A stretch of 38,771 nt of DNA. Source: a virus (taxonomy: Duplodnaviria > Caudoviricetes). A program made the translations under genes and the position numbers. Positions 1 to 10,331 of this stretch are shown here, one piece after another; the stretch's first letter is position 1, and each line of letters starts with the position of its first letter. Location: positions 1 through 38,771 of the IMG/VR virus record IMGVR_UViG_3300049172_000213, one strand, 5' to 3'. The notes below the pieces were generated by a model. That model had not been told where the DNA came from. It made no database searches and saw nothing but the letters and a program-made list of their open reading frames with translations.

Positions 1-87
1 TTCAGTGACCTGCGCCGTGAGCTGCTGGATCGCTGCCGCGATGTCGATCTCCGCCTTGGGCGCCGCGGCGCCGCCCCTTAGAGGCAT
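1..87 (-). CDS. 5' end of a phage gene running off the window (MPLRGGAAAPKAEIDIAAAIQQLTAQVTE...)
   Basis: ATG at 87 preceded by a G-rich RBS; frame open to the window edge; position after the tail genes would fit a lysis-region gene. Confidence 0.45.
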   Translation of the reverse strand, partial: MPLRGGAAAPKAEIDIAAAIQQLTAQVTE

Positions 88-151
88 CCCCTATCCCCCA
101 CCACCGTTCGTGCCACGCGCGGCATCTAACCCCTCCCCCTCTGCGGCATGG

Positions 152-901
152 TCAGATCGTGATGGAGCGCGCGGCGAGATAGGTCTTAACGAACTGGTAG
201 ATCGTCTCGATCTCCGCATCCGTGAGCTGGCGGTTGTAGACCGCTGCGAACGCCTGATCGTTCGGTCCGAACAAGCCAGACAAGCTCGTGCCGACGCGGA
301 TCGTCGCGGCCGTGTTGAGAGACCGCTGGCGGGTTTCGGCGCCCGAGGTCGCCGACGCGCCCAGGGTCTTGTTGTAAACCTTGCGGGGGGTCGCGTTGCC
401 GAAGCTGGCTGCCTTGAAGTTCCACGCCGCCAACTGCCCCGACGTCACGTTGATGTCCGTTGTCGCTGAGGAAATCGTAGCGCCATCCGTGTAGGCGGCA
501 TCCGCTCGGATGATCGTGGCCACCACGTCGTACAGAGCGGCGCCCTTCGGGCTCGCTGCAAAGTTGTAGTTGCCGATGAGCATGGGCCGATTGCCCTGCA
601 CGGCCATGTCAGCAGTGGCTCTTGAGACCAAGAGGTACGTGAGTGCGGCTGTTTCCGCTACACCTGTCTCGATGTAGGCTGCACCGGACTGGGAGGCGCC
701 GCCGAGCGAGACATAGCTGGGACTGATAGCGGGAGAGTTCACCAAGGCTGCTGCGGCGCCTCCGGGCGCCAGGTTCCTCGCTGATTTTGCTGCGTCTCCG
801 CCGAAGAAGTTCCAGTACTTTAGTCCCTCCGCGATCGGCGGGATGAAGCCGCCGGCGACGGCAGAGAAGTCGGCACCAGCAACGCGCTGGAAGGTTCCCA
901 T
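152..901 (-). CDS. Tail-associated protein with ConA/LamG-like beta-sandwich
   Basis: Start MGTFQRV with GGAG RBS directly after the upstream stop; C-terminal FAAVYNRQLTDAEIETIY is typical of LamG-like domains. Confidence 0.6.
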   Translation of the reverse strand: MGTFQRVAGADFSAVAGGFIPPIAEGLKYWNFFGGDAAKSARNLAPGGAAAALVNSPAISPSYVSLGGASQSGAAYIETGVAETAALTYLLVSRATADMAVQGNRPMLIGNYNFAASPKGAALYDVVATIIRADAAYTDGATISSATTDINVTSGQLAAWNFKAASFGNATPRKVYNKTLGASATSGAETRQRSLNTAATIRVGTSLSGLFGPNDQAFAAVYNRQLTDAEIETIYQFVKTYLAARSITI

Positions 902-914
902 AGCTGCGCTCTCC

Positions 915-3068
915 TCAGACGGCGACAGCGTCGGCCTGGAAGGCGACGCAAGGGTTGTTGGCGGGGTATGGCTTGCCGACAAGGGCGGGGATGTTGGCCG
1001 CGGGGTACTGGCCCGTGCCTTCGGCGTAGACGTAGTTCAGCGGGTAGACGGGCGGATCATCGTCGAAGAGGTTTCCTGATCCGGCGTAGGTCGCCTGCCC
1101 TGCATAGCGCACGGTCACGGTCCCGACCGGGTCGCGGGCGGCTGTGATGCGCACCGCGCAGTCACCGACGATCTCCACCGTCGAGACCGTTAGGGCTCCT
1201 GCCCCATCCAGCAAGGCGAACCCCTTAGCCGCAAAGTTCGACGCCACCATCGTGGCGCCGTTCCAGCTGTAAGCATCACGCCAGACAAGCTTTCCCCGCC
1301 GCCCCGTGAAGGTGACGAGGATTTCCCGCCCGCGCTTCAGCACCTCGAGCGGCCGGAGCGGGATGGGAGCGTGGCGAAGAACCAGGGCTTCACCCAGCGC
1401 GCGGCCCAAGGGACAGCCAAGCCAGCGGGAGCCGTTAGGGTCCAGATGCCCGCCCTTGTCGGTGACATGGTAGTGCGGCGAACCGAGGAACACCGAGGTC
1501 GGCCGGCCGTCGGCGAAGTCCAGCTGCGCCATCCCGACGCTCATATTCGCCGCATCGCGCGTGAACTGCGCACCCGTCTGGTAGGTGACAAACGCGGGCG
1601 GATCAGACTGCCCGAGCACTCCCTGGCAGACCTGGGACAGAATGTCAGCGCGTAACTGCTCCAGCTTCGCCAGGTATCCTGCGCGGTCAGTCGCCCCCCC
1701 GTAGGCGGGATCGTAGTTGTACTCGTTGCCTAGGAAGATGATGCCGGCGACCTTCACGGTCTTGCCTTCAGCATCGGCGATCGCCTTCACCCGCGCCACG
1801 AAGTCCGGCATGCGGTTGAAGAGGTTCGGGCTGGCGCCATAGCTCAGCTGCTCAATGGTGCGGCCGGAGATGCCGCAGTTCCCCACCACCCACTTGTGCG
1901 CGGGATCAGCCTTGAGGCCGCGAGCCGCCAGCCACATTCGCCGCGCCACGATCGCTGCTGCGATGCCGGGGCTCTCTCCCAGGTTCTGGGCCCCCGGCGC
2001 GAGCGCCGCCACCTCGGCATCCGTCAGGAGGCCGCCCGAGTTGTTCTTCACGGTTGCTTTGAGCGGCGTCAGTACGGGTGAGCCGATCGGCACCCAGGTC
2101 GTGCTGGTCGTGCCGCCGGACTGTGCATGCTCGCTGCTGCCAAGCATGTAGAGGCCGAGATCAGATGGGATGGACGTTGACAGGGCCGGCCAACTCTCCT
2201 GGCCCGTCGAGAGGCTCTGCCCGTAGATCAGGATCAGGTTGTAGTCGGCGTCAGCCGTGGCGACCTCCAGCGCCATCGTACCGCGCAGGACGCTGCCCAT
2301 GGCCAGGGCCCGGGTGCTCGCAGCACGGATCTCCGCAGCCGAGAAGGTGCTGACCTGGCCAATGGATGCCTGCAGGCTCGGGGCGACGATGGTCCCGTCC
2401 TTCTTGACGCCCAGGGCTACGAACCCGGAGGTGTCGCAGATGGCCCAGGCGAAGTCCGGATGGTCATAGGAAAAGCTGGTCGCGCCGCCGATGCCAGCGT
2501 TCCCCGGAACCGAGACTGATCCATCGGCGAAACCGCGCAGCACGGTGGAACCGTTGGGCGATTGTAGAACCCATCCCCCGGCGCCGTCAGAGGCCACACC
2601 CAGTGCATTCAGCCCGACGGCGCCGTCCTCCCTCACCCGGATGGGCGAGAAGCCAGCATCATCGACCAGGGCCCAGGCATAGCCCGACCCTGCTGCCTGC
2701 CGGGTTGTGAGCCCACCGCCCGCAACGGAGCCGTCCGGTGAGAGGAGGATGCCCCCGGCGCCATCGGGTCGACGGATCAACGCGCCGCCGTCCGGCTGAA
2801 GAATGAGCTGAAAGCCAGGAAGGAAGGCCGTCCGGCCGTCGGCACTCAGCCCAATGGCGGCATTGCCGAAGTCATCGATCACACCCCAGGACAGCGGGGC
2901 ATCCGGCACATGCTTGATGGTGTCCTTGACCTCCTCTGCGGCTTCCAACACGGCATCTGCCTTGCCTTCGAAGTCCTCGACCTTGGCCATGGCCTCGGCC
3001 TGCTCCGGGAAGGCCTCCGGAAAGGGCACATCGCTCAGCCGTCGCCGGCCAAGGCTTTCGCTCATCAC
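915..3068 (-). CDS. Tail spike/fibre protein with SGNH (sialate O-acetylesterase-like) domain
   Basis: LILIYGQSLS block I, GISG block II, GNE block III and DKGGHL catalytic block; N-terminal W-x3-DD-x-G repeats. Confidence 0.75.
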   Translation of the reverse strand: MMSESLGRRRLSDVPFPEAFPEQAEAMAKVEDFEGKADAVLEAAEEVKDTIKHVPDAPLSWGVIDDFGNAAIGLSADGRTAFLPGFQLILQPDGGALIRRPDGAGGILLSPDGSVAGGGLTTRQAAGSGYAWALVDDAGFSPIRVREDGAVGLNALGVASDGAGGWVLQSPNGSTVLRGFADGSVSVPGNAGIGGATSFSYDHPDFAWAICDTSGFVALGVKKDGTIVAPSLQASIGQVSTFSAAEIRAASTRALAMGSVLRGTMALEVATADADYNLILIYGQSLSTGQESWPALSTSIPSDLGLYMLGSSEHAQSGGTTSTTWVPIGSPVLTPLKATVKNNSGGLLTDAEVAALAPGAQNLGESPGIAAAIVARRMWLAARGLKADPAHKWVVGNCGISGRTIEQLSYGASPNLFNRMPDFVARVKAIADAEGKTVKVAGIIFLGNEYNYDPAYGGATDRAGYLAKLEQLRADILSQVCQGVLGQSDPPAFVTYQTGAQFTRDAANMSVGMAQLDFADGRPTSVFLGSPHYHVTDKGGHLDPNGSRWLGCPLGRALGEALVLRHAPIPLRPLEVLKRGREILVTFTGRRGKLVWRDAYSWNGATMVASNFAAKGFALLDGAGALTVSTVEIVGDCAVRITAARDPVGTVTVRYAGQATYAGSGNLFDDDPPVYPLNYVYAEGTGQYPAANIPALVGKPYPANNPCVAFQADAVAV

Positions 3069-3158
3069 GGATCTCCATGCAGGATCGCGCGCCCGGCAAT
3101 CTCGCCGCGCCGTGGGTGCGCTCAGAGGGTCAGAAGGGCGGCCCGTGGCCGCGATGCG

Positions 3159-4025
3159 TCAGAAGCGTTCGGTGATCGTCCCGGCCCAGCTGTGGCGGCT
3201 CCAGGACCGGTAGCCAATCGGAGCACTGGGCTTAAGGATGCCGTACACGGCCTCCCGGCCCGCGCCAGCCAAGTCATTCAGCTGCGGCACGAACAGGACG
3301 TTGCCGCTGCTGCGGGCGTAGCGGTCCATCTCCATCACCTGCGGCCAGACCTCCTCCTTGCGGATGCTCTCAGTCTGCAGGTTCCACTGGCGCTGGATCG
3401 GCGCTGGATCGGACCACACCTGCCCACCGCGGGTGACCACCTCCCGGGCTGCGCCGGAATAGCCAAGGCTGGTGCCGTAGCTCAGGCCGCCGAGCGGATC
3501 CCAGGCCGGCCCCATGAAGGCGAGCGGAATGTTCAGGAAGCCGTCGGGGTTGCCGGGGTCCTGGATGTCGAGCACGAAGCGCGTCGCGACGAGGTAGCTT
3601 GGCAGCGCCAGCACCGCCTGCGCGAGACCTGTCACCACACCAGTTGAGACCAATCCGCTGTCATGAACCAGCAGATCCACCCCGGCCTGTGTGTGGTAGG
3701 TGATGGCGTTGCCGTAGTCGTCGACGATCAACTGGCCATTATCGTCCACCAGATCGTAATCGCCCGTCTGGCTCGTCAGCAGGTAGAGGCGCCACCGGAG
3801 TTGCGCCTGGCCGGTCAGGTTTGTCCGGTGCAGGCTCATGGCGCGCACGGCATCGGGCGCGGCGAGCGTACCCTGGAGCGTCGCTGTGGTGGTGCCCGCC
3901 GGCGTCTGCCAGGCATCCCAGGCCCCGCCCTGATCGGACTTCAGCTTGTTGGGCCCGAGCCCGGTGGCCTGAGCCGAGGCGGTCAGGGTGGCCGTTCGAA
4001 GAAGGTTGCGCCAGCCGAGCAGCAT
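3159..4025 (-). CDS. Minor tail protein
   Basis: Position in the tail-tip module; start overlaps the upstream stop; beta-rich sequence ending ITERF. Confidence 0.7.
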   Translation of the reverse strand: MLLGWRNLLRTATLTASAQATGLGPNKLKSDQGGAWDAWQTPAGTTTATLQGTLAAPDAVRAMSLHRTNLTGQAQLRWRLYLLTSQTGDYDLVDDNGQLIVDDYGNAITYHTQAGVDLLVHDSGLVSTGVVTGLAQAVLALPSYLVATRFVLDIQDPGNPDGFLNIPLAFMGPAWDPLGGLSYGTSLGYSGAAREVVTRGGQVWSDPAPIQRQWNLQTESIRKEEVWPQVMEMDRYARSSGNVLFVPQLNDLAGAGREAVYGILKPSAPIGYRSWSRHSWAGTITERF

Positions 4026-5647
4026 CAGACCAGCACCAGCAGGGTTGCCGTGTCCTCGGTCGAGCGGATCTGTTCCCCGACGATCAGCCCCACGCGTCCG
4101 GTAGCGAGCTCGCCGAGCGGATAGACCAGCTGGATCACCTGCCCGAGGTCGCGGGCGAGCGCCACGTCAATGCGGACGGTCACCTCATAGAGCCGCCGTG
4201 GCACGCCCCAGAGCGCGCCGTAGAGGTTGGCCATGGCCTGGGCATCCGTCGGCTGGAGCAGGCGCGTCGAGACCGGCTCGGGGTCGGATGGCTTCTGGTA
4301 GGCGGCCTCGAGCGCCGCGCTGGTCCAGGTCTTGTACCCCTCGGGCTGCGCGATGTACTGGCGCCGGGCCTCCGTCACGTCCGGATCGAGGCTGCCCTGC
4401 TGGACCGTGTAGTTGCGCCGCCAGGACACCCGCCAGCGATAGGGCGGCGGATCCAGTGGGGCCGGCAACTGCTGCACCCGGACCTGCACGATATCGGCCT
4501 CGGTGAGCGTCGCCTCCGGCTCGGCATCCGCCGGCACCGGCCGCAGCAGCATGGCGCGCAGCCGCCCATCCCGGGTTGGTACGAGCTTCGCCCCGATGGA
4601 GGCGAGGATGGGCCCGACCGCATCCAGCCCGGTGACCTCCCCCGTCCAGTAGTCCCCGCAGGCCGCCGTCTGGCTCTCGTTCAGTGCCGCGAAGCTCGTC
4701 AGGTCAAGGAGGCTGTCCGGAACGCCGAGCTCCTCCGTCAGCAGGAACACGGCCAGGCCCGCTGCCGTCGAGAAGGCACCCGCGGTGCGGAAGCGCCCAC
4801 TCGCGCTGCAGGTCAGCTGCCAGCCATTGGCGACGGGGCTGCCGAGTTGGACGTAGAGCCCGTCCGGACGGCTGCAGGCGCGCCAGGTGCCCGGTGGGCA
4901 CGGGCCGGCGGTGTAGGTGGTGCCCGTATAGAGTTCAGCCACGGCCGGCTCGCGGGTCAGGTTTGCCGCGTCGCCCCCGGTATAGACCGCACTGATGAGC
5001 CCCGGCCCGTCGCTCACCTGCCAGACCAGGTTCACTGGATCGATGAGCACCGGGCTGATGTTGGCAACCGGCGCACCAAGGGGAGTGCTCCCCACCATCA
5101 CGAGGCGTCCGCCACGGAGCTTGGGCTTGAGCTGGCCCTCCATATCCTCCGTGCCCTCGTACCCGCCCGTGCCGGCATAGGTGTGCTTCTGGAGGGGCTT
5201 CTCGATGAAGTAGCGGGCATCCCGCAGCGGCACCTCCAGATGCGTCTCGCTGAGAAACCAGGGCGCCGCCACCCCGGCGAAGACCGGCGTCAGAGCGGCA
5301 TAGGGCGGATCCAGGTCGATCCCGCGCCGATCCCGAAGCTTGCGACCACGGCGGACCGTCACCGCACGCCCGTCGCTGTTCGCCTCGGCCATGAGGCTAT
5401 CCAACTGGCCCTCAGCGTTGATCAGCCGGAGTGCCCCGAAGGTGGCCGAGGTGTTGGAGGAGCCGGGGCCAAGGCTGATCTGGCGGTCGATCTCAAAGGC
5501 CGTATCAAGCAGCGGCGGATAGACCTGTAGACCGATGCTGTCCGTCTCGCGGGAGCGGTAGCCGCTGTCCGAAGCCCGCAGCGTGCCGGCTGTGGACGAG
5601 GCCGGATAGTGCACCTCCAGCTCGGCCAGGAGCAGGGCAGAGGTCAT
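4025..5647 (-). CDS. Tail tip / baseplate hub-like protein
   Basis: Immediately downstream of tape measure with ATGA coupling; YAGTGGYEG...GQLKPKLRG motif of alphaproteobacterial tail proteins. Confidence 0.7.
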   Translation of the reverse strand: MTSALLLAELEVHYPASSTAGTLRASDSGYRSRETDSIGLQVYPPLLDTAFEIDRQISLGPGSSNTSATFGALRLINAEGQLDSLMAEANSDGRAVTVRRGRKLRDRRGIDLDPPYAALTPVFAGVAAPWFLSETHLEVPLRDARYFIEKPLQKHTYAGTGGYEGTEDMEGQLKPKLRGGRLVMVGSTPLGAPVANISPVLIDPVNLVWQVSDGPGLISAVYTGGDAANLTREPAVAELYTGTTYTAGPCPPGTWRACSRPDGLYVQLGSPVANGWQLTCSASGRFRTAGAFSTAAGLAVFLLTEELGVPDSLLDLTSFAALNESQTAACGDYWTGEVTGLDAVGPILASIGAKLVPTRDGRLRAMLLRPVPADAEPEATLTEADIVQVRVQQLPAPLDPPPYRWRVSWRRNYTVQQGSLDPDVTEARRQYIAQPEGYKTWTSAALEAAYQKPSDPEPVSTRLLQPTDAQAMANLYGALWGVPRRLYEVTVRIDVALARDLGQVIQLVYPLGELATGRVGLIVGEQIRSTEDTATLLVLV

Positions 5648-8600
5648 GCGGCCACCTTCCGATTGGACTGGGCGAACTCGCGGCGCAGGCTCGCCAGTTC
5701 GGTCTCAAGCCGTCCGATGGCCGCGACCAGCGTCTCCGTCTGCGTGGTGACCAGGTCGCGTTGAAAGGACGCCGTGAGGGTATCCATTCCAAGGTTTGCC
5801 ACGCTGGTCAGGACAGAGCCGATCTGGTTGATGGCATCCACGTAGCCCGTGCCGTTGCCGAATACGGCGAGGGCGCTGGAGCGGTAGGTCTCGGCATAGC
5901 TCTGCAGGTCGCGGATCGCCGCGGCGTCCCCGGCCTGCGCCCGGGCGGCGATATCGTTGAACTGGGTCTGCGCGAGCCCGTACTGCGCGCGGGCATTCAG
6001 CGGCGAGGCGCTGCCGAACTGGAGCCCATTCACGTAGTCCGCGAGCGACCCGATCACCCCGGCCGCGTTGCTCCGGGCGTTGTCGTTCGCATGCTCGAGA
6101 ACCGCCTGCCGCTCGGCTGCCTGGGTTCGCTCGAGCAGGACCAGGTCCGCCCCCTGCTGGCGGGCGATCTGGATGCGCTCTGCCGCATGCTGCCGGTCCA
6201 GTCGGGCCAACTGCACATTGATATCGTCCGTGGCCCCGATCGCGGCGTGGTAGCGATTGACCAGGCCGCCATTGAGGTCCGTAATCGCGATCGCCTGGTT
6301 CTCGATAAGCTGCTGCATGGAGATCGAGATGTTGTCGTTCGCGGTCTGCATCCTTGCCGCGACGTCTGTCGCGCTCAGGCCGAGATCCTCCAGGGCGCGC
6401 CGCAGCTGGAGCAGCGAGGCATCGCCCTGCGCAACCGCCTCGTACCAGTCCGCGTCGCCCCCTCGGCCGGAAAGGCGAAGGCGCTGGTTCTCGATGCCTC
6501 CGAAGGTCTCCGCGACGCTACGATTGCGGTCCTCGGCGGCCCGGACAATCTGCCTCTCCATCGCGGCCCGGCTGGCCTCTGTGATCTCCGCCAGCTTGCC
6601 GAGGTTCGTGCTGACTACCTCGGCGCCCATACCGAGATCCTTGAGCTGCTGTTCGAGCTGCTGGGCGGACTGCTGTGCCTGCACGTCGAACTGCATGCGC
6701 TGGATCGCGGCCGCCTGGTCGATGCCCGAGCCACCACGCGCCTGCGCCACCTGCATGTCCAGGCCAAGCTCGATCTGGCGGACCTGGAGGTCGCGGGCCT
6801 CGGTTGCCTTCTGGACCGCCTCAGCCTGGCGCCGCGCCAGTTCCTCGGTCGCAAGGCCAAGCGTCTGAGACTTTGCAATCACCTCGTCATAGGGCTTGCG
6901 CAGCGCATCGAGAGACTGAGCGAAGGCGCTGGTGGCCTCCGTCGCGCCGGTCATGATCTGGTAGGTGCTGCGATACCACTCAAGGTTCGCCATGATCTCG
7001 TCGGGGCTGCCGCCCGCGGTCCGGCCAATGATGCTGCGGATGTTGGCGTCGGGCGTCTGCTCGGCGGCGGCCGCGAGGAAGCTCTGCACCGCCCGCTCCG
7101 TGACGGCCTTGATGCCTTCTTCGTCCATCTGCGTGGACTGCGCGTGGGTGTCGCCGTTGTAGAACTGCAGGCCGTCGCGCGCGCCGACAGCAACCCGGAA
7201 GCGCGCGTCCACCGCACCCGGGAGCCCCGCCGCCTGCCCGACCTGCAACGCCAGCTTCTCGAAGCTGCGCGCAACCACCTCGGCCTGCTGGCGGTTCTCG
7301 GCGGAGAAGCGGTCACCCGTCAGGCCACCGATCTCCACGCTGCCGTCGCCCGTGTAGAGGGTCGCGGTGCCCGTGCGGTCGGAGGGCTTCTGGCCGGGGA
7401 GAAGGGCGCCGATCACCATCAGCGCGGCTGCAGCAATCCAGCCATAGACCGGGACGGCAGCCATGGAGCCAGCGATGGTCGCGTAGGCGCCCATGCCTGC
7501 CATCGCCGTGCCGCCGACGCCCTGGATGTTGCCACCTACGCCGCCACGCTTGAAGCCTTGGTAGGCGGAGTAGGCGCCGCCTACCATCGCGGCGCCGCCC
7601 ATCAGGTAGCCGCCGTAGCTCATGCCTGCGCCCGCTGAACCGGCGCCGTCGATGCCGCCCGCCAGGGCGCCTTCCGGTCCGCCGGCCGTGAGGAACGCCG
7701 CGTCGTTGGGACCGCCCGTATTCAGCCAGTTGCCGATCCCAGTCCCGAAAGTCTTATCGACACCAGAGACAATGCCGTTGCCGGCCCAGTTGTAGCCGTC
7801 CGTGAAGATGCCGGTGGTCGGGTTGAGAATGTCCTTGCCGAGGCTGTAGACCTGCGCGCCCTGCTGGGCGTAGCCCATGAAGTTGCCGCTGCCGTCCGTG
7901 ACCAGTTGCGAGCCGGGCGTCTGCACCTGTGAAAGCACCTGCGCTGCCCCGCCCAGCGTTCCGCGATTGCCCCCGAACACAGAATTCAGCACTGGGTTAA
8001 TCGCGGCCATGCGAAGCCCGGCCTGGATCACCTCCGAGAACACCGCCTTGGCGATGTCGCGGAAGTTCACCGCCTTGAGGCTGCCATTCGCGAAGGCCTC
8101 GGTGATCGCGCCGCCAATGCGATCAAAGGCCTGCTCTCCGATGCGGGAGAGCTCGTTCCAGGAATTCTCGAGCTTCTGCCCCTCGGATCGAGCATCGGCC
8201 TGCTGGCGCGCAAGCTGCTCCAACTGCCGGATCTGATCTTCGCCGGCGCCCTTTGGAGCAGACTGCCTCGCCCGGATCGCCGCGAGCTCACGTTCGCGGA
8301 TTTCCACCGATGCGCCGATCAGGCGGTTCTCCGCTTCGATGAAGGCGAGCTGATCCCGCTGATCCTGGATGCTCTCGTTCGCCTTGCGTCGCGCCTGCTC
8401 CTCCGTCTGGGCACGGTAGCGTGTGGTCAGGACCTCCACCGCCTTCGCGTACTTCTCCGTGCCCTCTTCAGCCCAGCGCAGGGCCTCGGTTTCGGCGCGG
8501 ATCTGGGTCTCCATTTCCTGCCCGGCGGCCCGGCTGACACCATAGGCCGCCGCGATCCGGCCCTCCCCGTCGATCTGCCGGTTCAGGACGACCAGGGAGG

Positions 8601-10230
8601 TGACGAACTGCGCGTCGAGATTGCGCTGTGCCAACTCCCGCGCGCGCGTGCGCTCGGCCGCCGTGGCATGGGCGCGCCCGGCGGACTGCGCGGCCTTCTC
8701 GATCTGGTCCTCAGCCTGCGCCAGTTCGCGCGCGGCGCCTTCCGCTTGGCGTGAAAGGCCGATCTGCCGCTCCAGGTCTCGGAAGGCGTCCCGGACAGGG
8801 TCGCTGTCGGTTCCAGACTTCTTGCGAGGTCTGGTGTTGGCGATGGCGCCCTGAGAAAGTGTGCCGTTCCCGGAACCGTCCGTGGCCTGACTGCCCTGGG
8901 CAAAGCCAAGCCACCCAGCCAGGGGATTTTTGAGGGCGTACTCGTCCAGTTCACGGATGATACGCAGAAGGTCGGCCAAGCGATCGATAGTCCACGCCAG
9001 GGCCTTCATGGCGGGGCTGCCCGCGCCATCGAAGGGCGCCCGCAATATGTCCCAGGCCTTCGACAGCTCCTCGCGCAGCCCCCGCCAAGCCGCTTCGAGC
9101 GGCGTCACTGGCGCGGCGGCGTCAGCAGTCTGCTTGCGGAGCAGTTCCAGGATCTGTCCGAAGGCTTGCGCCGTCCGGCTGTTCTTCTCCATGCTTTCGA
9201 GCGACTTAGCCAGCTGCTCGGTGAAGCCGGGGAACTCCTTTTCATAAAGCTCACGGGCCACCGCACCCGGCTCCCGCATGGAACGTGCAAGTAAGGCTGC
9301 CCCCTCGCTCGCATCCTTGCCGAGCACCTTCGCCAGATCCTCGGACACGCGGGTCAGGGTTACCAGGTCCTGCACCGTGCCGCGGAACTGCGGGGAGGCG
9401 GCGATAGTGGACCCGACCTCGGTACGCTCGGACCTGCTCAGGGACGAGCCTTCCCCGATCTGACCGGCGCTGACCACCGTCTGGGCCATGGCTGCGTAAT
9501 CGGTACGGGTCGCGCGAAGCCGGTCTGCCACGTTGTCCAACCGGCGGGCGGCTGTCTCGGCAATCGCGACAAGGCCCACGAAGGCCGCGGTCGCGCCAAT
9601 TACCCCCAGGCGCATTGGCCCGATTGACTGCACCACCGCATCGAAGGTGTTCCGCACCCCGCCAAAGATCTGGGTGATCTGCGGACCCTGCTGGATCAGG
9701 CCCTGCATCACGCCGCCGCCGCTGGCGATGGTGACGAACAGGTCGTTCAGCTGCGGCGTGAGCTGCTGCATGTGCTGGGCGGTGACACGCGCCGAGGTGC
9801 CGACCTTGGTCTGATCATTGTCGAGGGCGCCATAACTCTGCCGGAGGCGGTCGGCCGACTTCTGGGCATCGGCCACGGCACGGTCCCGCGCCACGCTCGC
9901 GCGGCGCTCCACCTCGTTCGCCTTCTCCTGGCTGAGGGCGCCACGCTCGACCGCTTGGCGGAGGCTCTCCTTCTCCGCGGCAAGCCGGCGATCGGCTGCC
10001 GCCACCTTGGCGGCGAGAAGGGCGTTCTCGTCATACCTCCGGCCGAGCGCGGTCCAAGTCGGTCCTGACCGCGTGACCTTCTGCTCGGTGGCCTGGATCT
10101 GCTCTCCGGCGGCCTCCGTCTTCGCGCCCAGGCTTTCCATGGCTCGGGCTGCTGCATCGGCGCCGGCCGACATGGCGTCGCGGAAGCGGCCGGTGAAGGC
10201 AGCCTCCGTCACCTGGGAGACAGATGCCAT
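5644..10230 (-). CDS. Tail length tape measure protein (1528 aa)
   Basis: Long Ala/Gln/Glu helical ORF; QLTPQLNDLFVTIASGGGVMQGLIQQGPQI lambda-type TMP motif; Gly-rich hydrophobic segments. Confidence 0.92.
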   Translation of the reverse strand: MASVSQVTEAAFTGRFRDAMSAGADAAARAMESLGAKTEAAGEQIQATEQKVTRSGPTWTALGRRYDENALLAAKVAAADRRLAAEKESLRQAVERGALSQEKANEVERRASVARDRAVADAQKSADRLRQSYGALDNDQTKVGTSARVTAQHMQQLTPQLNDLFVTIASGGGVMQGLIQQGPQITQIFGGVRNTFDAVVQSIGPMRLGVIGATAAFVGLVAIAETAARRLDNVADRLRATRTDYAAMAQTVVSAGQIGEGSSLSRSERTEVGSTIAASPQFRGTVQDLVTLTRVSEDLAKVLGKDASEGAALLARSMREPGAVARELYEKEFPGFTEQLAKSLESMEKNSRTAQAFGQILELLRKQTADAAAPVTPLEAAWRGLREELSKAWDILRAPFDGAGSPAMKALAWTIDRLADLLRIIRELDEYALKNPLAGWLGFAQGSQATDGSGNGTLSQGAIANTRPRKKSGTDSDPVRDAFRDLERQIGLSRQAEGAARELAQAEDQIEKAAQSAGRAHATAAERTRARELAQRNLDAQFVTSLVVLNRQIDGEGRIAAAYGVSRAAGQEMETQIRAETEALRWAEEGTEKYAKAVEVLTTRYRAQTEEQARRKANESIQDQRDQLAFIEAENRLIGASVEIRERELAAIRARQSAPKGAGEDQIRQLEQLARQQADARSEGQKLENSWNELSRIGEQAFDRIGGAITEAFANGSLKAVNFRDIAKAVFSEVIQAGLRMAAINPVLNSVFGGNRGTLGGAAQVLSQVQTPGSQLVTDGSGNFMGYAQQGAQVYSLGKDILNPTTGIFTDGYNWAGNGIVSGVDKTFGTGIGNWLNTGGPNDAAFLTAGGPEGALAGGIDGAGSAGAGMSYGGYLMGGAAMVGGAYSAYQGFKRGGVGGNIQGVGGTAMAGMGAYATIAGSMAAVPVYGWIAAAALMVIGALLPGQKPSDRTGTATLYTGDGSVEIGGLTGDRFSAENRQQAEVVARSFEKLALQVGQAAGLPGAVDARFRVAVGARDGLQFYNGDTHAQSTQMDEEGIKAVTERAVQSFLAAAAEQTPDANIRSIIGRTAGGSPDEIMANLEWYRSTYQIMTGATEATSAFAQSLDALRKPYDEVIAKSQTLGLATEELARRQAEAVQKATEARDLQVRQIELGLDMQVAQARGGSGIDQAAAIQRMQFDVQAQQSAQQLEQQLKDLGMGAEVVSTNLGKLAEITEASRAAMERQIVRAAEDRNRSVAETFGGIENQRLRLSGRGGDADWYEAVAQGDASLLQLRRALEDLGLSATDVAARMQTANDNISISMQQLIENQAIAITDLNGGLVNRYHAAIGATDDINVQLARLDRQHAAERIQIARQQGADLVLLERTQAAERQAVLEHANDNARSNAAGVIGSLADYVNGLQFGSASPLNARAQYGLAQTQFNDIAARAQAGDAAAIRDLQSYAETYRSSALAVFGNGTGYVDAINQIGSVLTSVANLGMDTLTASFQRDLVTTQTETLVAAIGRLETELASLRREFAQSNRKVAA

Positions 10231-10331
10231 GCGAAGCGTCCCCCTTGTGGGTTGAGCGCCTATCCCGGCGCTACTGGCGGTTGAAATGGCCCTGCCATAC
10301 CGTCCGAGCCTGTCTCGGGGAGGGACCTAAG

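Noticed and set aside
152-5647. Diversity-generating retroelement or invertible tail-fibre switch
   Set aside because: No reverse transcriptase, invertase or TR/VR-like nucleotide repeat was seen in the window
3821-7638. Long plus-strand ORFs (569 aa, 625 aa)
   Set aside because: Antisense shadows of tail genes, expected from high-GC codon bias; no recognisable motifs
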